Origin: Octopus vulgaris
Lineage: Eukaryota
DNA length: 64,000 nt
Direction of reading: 5' to 3'
Assembly (NCBI GenBank): GCA_951406725.2
Contig: OX597829.1
Coordinates: 27,032,001 to 27,096,000 of the forward strand
Part shown: one piece after another, positions 27,532 to 37,509 of the stretch
Layout of the letters: each line of letters opens with the position of its first letter
Numbering within the stretch: the stretch's first letter is position 1
Notes under the pieces: model-generated
What the model saw: only the letters and a program-made list of their open reading frames with translations
What the model was told of the DNA's origin: nothing
The model's database searches: none
Made by a program: the position numbers and the translations under genes

Positions 27532-28681
27532 ACACACAAATTACCACTGATTTATTTATTTCACTGTGCTACTGAATGTATCTGTAGGTTTTAGCCACTG
27601 CTGAATGTATAGCCTGTATGATGTTATACAATATTTTTATGAATTGAGAGATCAGCCAAGCTAATTTTAATCTTTTGTAGAGCTTTCGTTAGTAACCAAA
27701 TACAGTCTTTAATCATTTACAGCGGCTTTACTTCTAACCTACAATTAATAAGTACTTAAGTAAATTGGATAGATTAATATTGATATATATTACATTCCTT
27801 AATTCTTTTGAAAGATAAAGGAGAAAGCATGTAAAAATTGAATATTGTTTCAATGGTACATTTATGCTTTGGACACAGCCATTGTCCACTGTGTGCAACT
27901 GAAAAGCTCAAGATTCTGATGCAGTTTAAGCTAGAGAGAAGAAACTTTGTAATATCTCCATACAAGAAAAGACAAACTTAAAGCTTTCAAACACATTCTT
28001 GTACTCATGGATTTTTGAGTTGCAGTCAGAATATAAGTATCAAGAACTCCAACATTAAAAACTAAATTGAAATTTAAGCTTAAATTTAACTTCAACTAAT
28101 AAATCAAGTACAGTTGCACTCCTATTCAGTTAAAAAAGAAATGTTCTTTATATGTTCTAAGTAACACATGGCATATTTAGAAAAAAAAACAAAAAAAAAA
28201 AAAAACAAACAAACAAACACATGCATGCACGTACACACATAGAGAAAAAGAAACAAATTAAAAATTAAACGAGACATTAGTTTTTATTATCATTTCAGTT
28301 TTCTCATACGAAAGATAGGGTCATTTTCAATAGTGAATTAATGCCCTTTATGCATATAACTCATGGTTGCTGTTTGCTTATGAAACAACAACATCCTGAT
28401 GCCATCTTGGATTAAAATGTGTCATTTATCATAGACAACAGAATATAGGCAATGGACATACGATAGATCAAACAACCATGAAACTTGAAGTTATAGCAGA
28501 AAGCATCATATTTTATTCTTTTACTCTTTTACTTGTTTCAGTCATTTAACTGTGGCCATGCTGAAGCACCGCCTTTAGTCGAGCAAATCAACCCCAAGAC
28601 TTATTCTTAGCAAGCCTAGTACTTATTCTATCGGTCTCTTTTGCCGAACTGCTAAGTTACGGGGATGCAGACACACCAGCA

Positions 28682-29527
28682 TCGACTCAATGCGTGTTTC
28701 AAAGGTAAGGGCAGAATACGGCCAGGCCGAAGCAGTCCTTCCTGCAAAAGGAATTAAATAAAATTCTTTTGCAGAGGGGTAAAACAAGTGACAAGAACAG
28801 GATGTAAAAGCAATACAAATGAAGAAAAAACAGTAGAAAAAACAGTACAAATAAAGAATAACAGGACAAGTAAGTTTTTATTTGAATAATCATGACGTGC
28901 ACTCTTACTCTTTACTTGACCTTTCCTCCCTGCCTGTCTGTCTTCCTCTCTATTTGTCTCTCTCCTTCTTATTTTTCACCCTTTCTGGTTTCTTTTCCTC
29001 TCTCTCTCTCTCTCCTCCTCCTCCTCCTCCTCTCTCTGGCCGTTGACCGGAGTGCTACTATAACTTTCTTTCAGCTCGTGCTTTCAACAAGCATACATCG
29101 ACTTCTCTGTCTTTCGCAAGACGATTTTTCACATGCGTTCTAACTAATTTTTCCACCGTCTAGGCCTAAAAAGGCCCTTATTGTTGGTTTCCTTGTCCTG
29201 TTATTCTTTATTTGTACTGTTTTTTCTACTGTTTTTTTTTTCATTTGTATTGCTTTTACGTCCTGTTCTTGTCACTTGTTTTACCCCTCTGCAAAAGAAT
29301 TTTATTTAATTCCTTTTACAGGAAGGACTGCTTTGGCCTGGCTGTGCTCTGCCCTTACCTTCGAAACACGCATTGAGTCGAACCAAGGGCAGCTGATGAA
29401 GGGGAATTTTTCCTTGTATTGTTTGTCCTGTACTCTGTTTTTTCGTTGTTAAAAAAAGTCCATTTCCTTGTTTGATTTTATGTTTTCGTTTCTCGTTGTG
29501 TTCTACGTTTATTTGTGGTGTCCTGTA

Positions 29528-29530
<3 letters not shown>
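28682..29530. mobile_element. Inverted-repeat cassette (arms ~28682-28870 and 29192-29381), possibly PLE pLTR-derived
   Basis: ~190-bp near-perfect inverted repeat; GAAAC and CTGATGA motifs at 29363-29399. Confidence 0.6.
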
Positions 29531-29564
<34 letters not shown>

Positions 29565-29567
<3 letters not shown>

Positions 29568-30405
29568 TTATAAAATGAGATAGGGGTTGAAAATTCAACC
29601 CACCATGGGATAATATATATCCAATATACTGCTAGATAGGTACCCAACAAAAATAATACATAGATGTTAAAAATTGTCAAGCAATCAGTTCATCTATTGT
29701 ATTAAATGGGTAAAGGTAATAATATTACCGTAAATTAATACTACAAAATTAGAGAATGGAGAAACATACTTAAATCAGTAAAACATCAACTATCCGATGA
29801 TACTCAATCCATACTTTAATACACCATTACATATGAGTAAAGGCAATATATAAAATGAAATGAGATATACAGTAATAGTAAAAGTAAAAAGATAAAGAGA
29901 TATAAGTAAAAAATTTCAAATATAATATGCAAATAAATCAAAACTGACAGCTGTTTCGGCAGTGAGGACAGTCATACCTCATTTAACCTATAAGCCATAA
30001 AGGCAGGTATAAATGAGGCATTAACAAGGATGCCCCACGGCCTCTTCAGAGAATTAAATTAAATTTGTTATAATAGTGAAAAATATTATATAATCATATA
30101 CATATAAGTATAAAAATATAAAAATGTAAAATATAAAAACTTATATATCATAATGCTACACTTATATAATATAATACACATTTGTACAAAAAGGAAGGTA
30201 AACAGAACAATATAAAACAAAATATATAACAGTGTATATATTAATATTAATAAGTACCGATATTATACATATTTGGCTAATAGTTTTTTCATTTTATATA
30301 TTGCCTTTACTCATATGTAATGGTGTATTAAAGTATGGATTGAGTATCATCGGATAGTTGATGTTTTACTGATTTAAGTATGTTTCTCCATTCTCTAATT
30401 TTGTA
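29565..30405 (-). mobile_element. Non-coding PLE pLTR-like cassette with a ~118-bp inverted repeat (29742-29860 / 30287-30405)
   Basis: Inverted repeat flanked by (TA)n; contains a hammerhead; a related fragment lies at 22345-22415 in the opposite orientation. Confidence 0.7.
29940..30055 (-). ncRNA. Type I hammerhead ribozyme candidate with a long stem II
   Basis: ct-CTGAAGA-ggc...gcc-GAAA-CAGCTG-TC-ag; GUC cleavage triplet, palindromic ACAGCTGT stem III, extensive stem II (atgcctcattta/taaatgaggtat). Stem I is weak. Confidence 0.75.
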
Positions 30406-30556
30406 TATATATATATATATATATATGTGCATGTATATATACATATAGATGTAAGTATGTACATATATGTATGTATATATGCATGTGTTTTATTTATTTA
30501 TTATATTGTTATTATATGACCAAACTCATGCGTTGTTTCTCTTCTCCAAGTAAGTT

Positions 30557-30600
<44 letters not shown>

Positions 30601-30773
30601 AATATACAACAGTTTCTGTCGACCAAATCCACTCACAAGGCTTGGTGTAGTCAGGTAGCAACCTTCTTACCACACAGCCACTCCTGCACCTACATATTTA
30701 CATTTGTACACATATATGTATATAATACACAGACACACACACATATATGTTTGTATATATGTATATATATGTG

Positions 30774-30849
<76 letters not shown>

Positions 30850-30859
30850 CATACTAATA

Positions 30860-31735
30860 TATAGGTTGTATTAGAAAGTCCTTAGACTAGTTCTGTAGCA
30901 TGCCAACAAATGGCAGCTCACTGCTGTGTGTGCAGTGACCTTCATGGGGCAGTGTGCCTAGTGACATCACAGTGTTTACTTCACTAGTTGTGAAATTTAT
31001 GTTTTTGTATGCTGTAGTCTGAAATTTTGTTATGGACAGGAACAAAGAGCTGAGAAATTTCGCATTAAACTTGGGAACTCTGCTACAGAGATATTGAGCG
31101 TGCTTCAGCAAGCTTATGGTGATGAGGCAATGGGTCGTACACAACATTTCAAGTGGCACAGGTGTTTTAAAAGTGGAAGAACATCCCTGGAAGATGATGA
31201 GCAATCTGGAGGGCCAGCCATGAGCATCACCACTAGAAATGTAGTATTGTACATCAAGAATTCATCCCTCGCGGCCAGACCATCAATTGAGAGTTCTACT
31301 ATGATGTTTTGAAGCGTTTGAGGGAGGATATTCGGAGAAAGCAACAGAATCTGTGGAGCACAAAGAATTGGATTCTTCACCAAGCTCTCCTCACTCACGA
31401 GTTTCTCACCAAAAGCAACATGGTATCGCTTCCGCTCCTGCCCTATTTACCAGATTTAGCACATGCAGACTTCCATCTCTTCTCCAAGATGAAAATGCAG
31501 CCTAAGGGTCGCTGTTTTAACACTATTATCAAGGTCCAGAATGAATCACAGAAGGTCCTCAACTTGCTTACGGAAAATGACTTCCAGGCTGGATTCCAAA
31601 AGTGGCAGGAATTCAGGGGCTGGTGTATTGCTGTGCAATGTGACTATCTTGAAGGAGGTGATGTTAAAACTTATGTAAATAAGTTAATTTTTATTAAACA
31701 TAACTAGTCTGGGAACCTTTTGATACCACCTTGTA
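30860..31735 (+). mobile_element. Internally deleted mariner transposon
   Basis: Imperfect ~33-bp TIRs ending agactagtt/aactagtct; fragments QQAYGDEAMGRTQHFKWHRCFKSGRTSLEDDEQSG and PYLPDLAHADFHLF (YSPDLAPxD motif). Confidence 0.9.
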
Positions 31736-32621
31736 CATATATGTATGCAAGTAGATACATCATCATCATCATCATCTTTTAATGTTCGCTTTCCATGCTA
31801 GCTTGGGTTGGACAATTTGACTGAGGATAGGTGAACCAGATGGCTGCACTAGGCTCCAATTTTGATCTGGCAGAGCTTCTACAGCTGGATGCACACATAT
31901 CCACACACATGAGCACACACAACACCCTGACTAATACTTATCACCCATATACACACAAACGTGCACACATATACTCACAGCATTCTACCAAATATAAAAC
32001 ACAAGCACATGTATATATACACACACACATAGAGAGATGCACAGAGACACACTTTCCTGCTTCTAAGACCAGTCCCCAAAACCACTGAACCATGACAGAC
32101 TAACCCAGAAACAAAAACAATCTCTTTAATTCCACATTGCTCTGCCTTCCCCCACAACCAACCTCCCATACTGTCCCTTAAGATAGCAAACATTCCTTAG
32201 CTACACACAAAAAAAATGTCAGAAAGGTCAGTTATTCCTCTACAATTTTTTGTAAATTCTTAAATATATCTCCTTCTGTGTATATATATATATATATACT
32301 ACCAAACAAACATGACTTATTGAACTCTACATTTTGGAGTCCCGTTCTAATTACTTTCTTAAATACCTTCTTGTAAACTGTTTTTAACATTTTCTTATTA
32401 TTATCAAAGAATGTATATATTTATTTTAATACTTTTGTGACAACCAGGACTTAACACAACAAAGCTTATACAAAGCTTTACATTTTACTTTTGACAATCT
32501 TTTTCTAAAAAAGTGAAACTGATCAAATGAATAAACATTTTTAAAATTGCATTTTCAAACCTTCTTTCATATATATTTCCACTCATGCGGTACCTTACAA
32601 CTTTACTTTGTTATACATATA

Positions 32622-33588
32622 TATAAGGTACTGATCCATGAAGAAAATTCAACAAAAAGTGTAAACGACCGTGCACAGGAGAGGTAACGAGAATAGCTCC
32701 TTTAGTACATGGCACAGTCGATACAATAAATATGAAAAGGATAAATGTGTATAAGTGCCAGAAGGAAAAGAGTGACACAACTGGGTAGAATGTTTAAGAG
32801 AAGATTTTATTTACATGTTAACATGTGTGTGTATGCGTCATATATACGTAATAATAGACAGGCCATCATGTATACAAAGTGTATGTGTGTGCATTAAGTA
32901 CAGAGCATTGAAAGAGTCTATAATATGACGTTAGAAGAATGTTCAGACACAAGGATGATAAATACCAGTTCATAGTCAAGGTACACGATAGTTGAAGTTC
33001 TGTATCAAGAAGTTGTGGCTGCAATGCAGAGCTGGTTGAGGCACATGTTGTACAAGAAGTTGTGGCTACTATGCTGCTGCCGGTTACTTGATACAGAAAG
33101 TTCTCACAGGTTGTTTGCTGTTAACCATGGTGAAGTAATTCACAAACAGTGTTGAGATAGAACTTGTGCAAGGATTGCTGGTTGCTGTATACATAGAGAG
33201 ATGTTGTTGACGACGTTAAGATGATGGATGTGACGAAGAAAGTGACTGCCATATTCTGTTGGACAAGTGTTGCTACATTTCCATGTGGCTGCTGTTGCGC
33301 TATTGCTGGAACTGGCTGTGTCTCGTGTGATCAGTGGCTAGACCTTAAAAGGTCTGTAACCAAAAGACCTCAAGACAGTGTGAAGTTAGTGTTTTACATG
33401 GTGCTATCGGATCACCAAAAGTTTGGAAGAGACAGTCTCACATGACCTTGTCAGAAGGCTGCAATTGGTTGGGTTGGATATTGGCATGCAACAGAGCAAG
33501 AGACAAACTGCACCAATACCAACCAATCAGAGTAGTGGACACAACAGGGTCCAAAAGGACAGCTGAAGGCTAGCTGTTATCTACTACA
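32622..33588 (-). mobile_element. Possible solo LTR
   Basis: ~970-bp non-coding block of distinct composition between (TA)-rich tracts. On the minus strand it starts TGTAG, has CCAAT-like boxes and AATAAA, and ends ccttata. Confidence 0.35.
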
Positions 33589-33707
33589 TCCGTATTCATG
33601 TATATATATAGAACAAAGAGAGAGGGATTTCCCAAAGCGTACACTACAAAAGTATTCCATCTGGTGAGAGATCAATATTATTTATTTAAGGTCACAATAC
33701 ATGTATC

Positions 33708-33766
33708 AATGTGCTACTAATAGTTTCATATGTTGAGAGAACTCAAACATATTCTTCAGGCACATT
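33708..33766 (-). ncRNA. Type I hammerhead ribozyme, best-formed copy in the window
   Basis: aatgtgc-CTGAAGA-atatgtttgag ttct ctcaacatat-GAAA-CTATTAG-TA-gcacatt: 7-bp stem I, ~10-bp stem II, intact core, GUA cleavage triplet. Confidence 0.85.
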
Positions 33767-34418
33767 TAAAGCCTCCATTGTTTTGGTTTGCCCCTCCCTT
33801 TTCCCTTAAGATAAAAACTAACATTGGTAAAAGATTCCTGTCACTCTTAGACAAACACTTTCCAGCCACTCACAGACACAGGAAAACATTTAATAGGCGT
33901 TCTGTGAAATTATCATATAGCCACTGGCCCAATATGAAGAATATCATTACACCTGGTCAATACCAACAACCTGAATCCAGCTGCAACTGTTGCAATCCAG
34001 GATCCTGTCCGCTTGACCAACGATGTATGATTAAATATATCATATATGAGGCAGAAGTTACTGCAACCCTAAATAATAAAACAACTGATAAGAAGACCTA
34101 TATTGGATTATGTGAAGGAGAATTTAAAAATCGCTATGCCAATCACATAGCCTCCTTCTGACATAGGGACAAAAGTAATGCTACTAAGTTGGCTAGATAC
34201 ATATGGACTTTGAACGATAATGAAATACTGCTTGTAATTAAATGGAAAGTAATTGTGAAATCCATACCTTATGGGAATGGATCAAATAAATGTAAACTTT
34301 ATTTGGCTGAAGAGCACAGATCCTCTTCAGATCTAAGATCCCCAACTCTCCATTGAACTCTAGGTCAGAAATTTTCAGTGGTTGCATGCATATATATATA
34401 TATGTATATATATATATG

Positions 34419-35087
34419 TGGAAGAGGTAGACCCAGGAAAACCTGGGACGAGGTGGTGAAGCACGACCTTCGAACTTTAGGTCTCACCAAGGAAATGACT
34501 AGAGACCGAGACCTATGGAAGTATGCTGTGCGTGAGAAGACCCGGCAGGACTAGTGAGACCATAACCCATAGTCTCTACCTGGGATGTAGCCAGTTGACT
34601 TATGCATACCTTTCCTTCTTGGGACACAAAACTCCACTTGTGAAGACCCGTTGAGGCAAGTGGAAATCAGAAATCAGAACCAAAACTGAAGTCAATCAAC
34701 ATCAATGGAAATTGCAGCTGTGATACCAGTGCCGGTGGCACGTAAGCGAACCATCCGATCGTGGCTGTTGCCAGCACCGCCCCGACTGGCCTCCGTGCCG
34801 GTGGCACGTAAAAAGCACCATCCGATCGTGGCCGTTGCCAGCCTCGCTTGGCCCCTGTGCCGGTGGCACATAAAAAGCACCATCCGTCCGTGGCCATTTG
34901 CCAGCCCCGTCTGGCACCTGTGCCGGTGGCACGTAAAAGCACCCACTACACTCACAGAGTGGTTGGCGTTAGGAAGGGCATCCAGCCAGAAACATTGCCA
35001 GATCAGACTGGGCCTGGTGCAGCCTTCTGGCTTCCCAGACCCCAATTGAACCGTCCAACCCATGCTAGCATGGAAAGCGGACACTAA

Positions 35088-35119
<32 letters not shown>

Positions 35120-35120
35120 A
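34419..35120 (+). mobile_element. RTE LINE 3' end with ~62-bp internal tandem repeats and (GAT)n tail; shorter copies at 48440-48727, 59690-60075, 61760-62172, 22500-22680
   Basis: ORF end GRGRPRKTWDEVVKHDLRTLGLTKEMTRDRDLWKYAVREKTRQD* is typical of RTE; the 3' UTR is shared among copies. Confidence 0.88.
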
Positions 35121-35433
35121 TATATATATATATATATATATATATTCTGAAGAATTGGAAAATTCTGCCTATTCCTGACTGACTTGATATCTTTCCAGCA
35201 ACTTTTTATTATTGAAATTTTAGTTTCTGTTTTTTATTTTTGAAATTTTATTTTCTGTTTTTCGCCTTTTACTGTCTGCATTTTCTATATGATGCCCTTT
35301 CAGTTTATTTTACTTTCCTTCTATTTCTTTAGTTCGTTATGATATGTGGTTTGCACCAGAAGAATATGTTTGAGTTGTCTCAACATACAAAACTATTAGT
35401 AGTGCTTTAATATATATATTGTGACCTTAAATA

Positions 35434-35468
<35 letters not shown>

Positions 35469-35471
35469 AAT

Positions 35472-36530
35472 ATATGAGGGGGCACCCAAAGGAAGCCAGA
35501 ATTTTGCAATATTATTTTATTCACTTAGTTTTACATGTTTATACTTTTACTACATTCAAAGTATTCTCTATTTGAACCCATGCACCAGTCGAGACATGTT
35601 TTTCACTGTTTGAAGCAGTCCTAGAACTCTTGCACAGTGATGCCTTTTAAAGCCTCTGTCATTTTTTTTTCACCTCTTCCACATCTACAAAATGTTTTCC
35701 TTTAAGGGCTTTTTCATTTGGGGGAACAAAAAAAAGTTACAGGGTGTAGGACTGGGTGGGTGAGCAGGGTCATGCCATTTTTGGTCAAAAACTGTCTTAC
35801 ACTCAAGGCGGTGTGTTCAGGCGGATTATCGTGATGAAACTACCACACCCCACTTTGCCACAGAGCAGGGTGTTTTCATCTCATCGCATCTCGCAAACAC
35901 TTTAGAACTGCCAAGTAAAATGTCTGGTTAACTGTTTAACCAGGAGGAACAAATTGTGTGGACAATTCCTTTCACATCAATGAAACAAATCAGCATTGTC
36001 CTGACATTGAATTTCACATGCTTTTTTGGGGATAATGGTGACATCGAATGCCTCCATTAACTTGATTGCTGCTTTGTTTCCAGGTCATAGCCATAGCACC
36101 AGCTAGTGATGATCTTTGAAAAAATGGTTTGGATCAACTTCCAACTGTTCTTTCAGTTCAGGACATACATTCAGTCATGAGTTTTTCATCTTCTCTGAGC
36201 AAGCGAGGCATAAATTCTGCAACTCTTTTCATTCGCAATTCCTCACTCAAAATTCATTGGTAGGAGCTCCAGGACACCGCAGTCATATCACAAGCTCATC
36301 AATTGTTTAGTGATGGTCCTTTAAGATCAGCTCATGAATTTTTGAGATGTTTTCATTTGTTCAGGAGGCTGACAGTTGCCCTGAATGAGATTAGTCTTCA
36401 AGTGACAAATGACCATTCCTAAAGCATGAAAACCAATTGTGAACTTGTGTTTTGCTCATTGCAGCATTCTTGTAAGCTGTTTGAGGCATGATAACTGTTT
36501 TGGCTGGCATTTTCCCTGGCAGAAAACAGA
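35472..36530 (-). mobile_element. Degraded mariner transposon
   Basis: TA-TGAGGGG.. terminus; minus-strand FHHDN, FLTKNG and F.F.QMK..LKGKHF remnants. Confidence 0.75.
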
Positions 36531-37477
36531 ATTTCATGGAAGTATGCTGTTCTTTTACCTTAGCCATTGCAAGGAGTGGCTGTGTGGTAAGTGTTTACCG
36601 ACCACATGGTTCCGGGTTCAGCCCCACTGCATGGCACCTTGGGCAAGTGTCTTCTAGTGAGTGGATTTGGAAGACAGAAACTGAAAGAAGCCCGTTGTAT
36701 ATATATATATTTTTTATAGTCAGATTATATAATATGAGCTTCCATGGCTTGTCTCACAAAAACTATTTTATGGAGGTCAGTGTTCCAATGAAGGAGACGA
36801 CTGATTTGCACTCTTCTTACCAGATCCTGTTTCAGCTTCTATTGATTCAAATGGAAAGCCATCAAAAATAGAGAAACACATTCTGTACATTTCCTAAAAT
36901 TCAAATAATGTGAAGCACCATAAAAAAAATTACCATTGGGAATTATCAGTGACTGTCGATGGTATATTAAGAAAATAGTGTGGTGAGTCACAGGTGACTC
37001 CCATAATAGTCAGTGTTAAATTGAACCCTGAAAATGTAGAAGTAGTCTCCTTTCGGAATAAAAACTTTTGACTTTATTATTATTGCAGCAGTTATAATCT
37101 TGTTTAGCTCAGGGTTCCCCATAACAAGGGAACGATGAGGAATAAGAACAGAACAAATGAATTACCATGTTTAATATATTAAGATGACAAAACATACCTT
37201 GCATCACGGCAAAGAAAGAATTATGTGAATGAAAACTATTGTTTCCACCTTAACCCTTTAGCATTCAGATTACTGTCAAATGAAATGCTTACTCTTTACT
37301 CATTTCAGTCATTTGACTGTGGCCATGCTGGAGCACCGCCTTTAGTCGAGCAAATCAACCCCAGGACTTATTCTTTGTAAGCCTAGTACTTATTCTATCA
37401 GTCTCTTTTGCTGAACTGCTAATTTACAGGGATGTAAACACACCAGCATCGGTTGTCAAGCAATGTTGGGGGAACAA

Positions 37478-37509
<32 letters not shown>

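Larger units (their letters stand above)
28515..30690 (-). mobile_element. SINE family A copy split by two unrelated inverted-repeat insertions
   Basis: 3' part at 28515-28684 and 5' remnant at 30600-30690. Confidence 0.75.
33670..35440 (+). mobile_element. 5'-truncated Penelope-like element: inverted pLTR, linker and GIY-YIG endonuclease, pLTR; interrupted by an RTE fragment
   Basis: WFAPPFS..KTNIGKRFL.LLDKHFP..FNR..VKLSYS..CNC..CPL..C..IIYEAEV..TYIGLCEGEFKNRYANH; 33677-33766 is the reverse complement of 35353-35440. Confidence 0.92.

Noticed and set aside
34725-34945. Regularly spaced repeats resembling a CRISPR array
   Set aside because: The spacers are similar to each other, the context is a eukaryotic LINE 3' UTR, and there are no cas genes.
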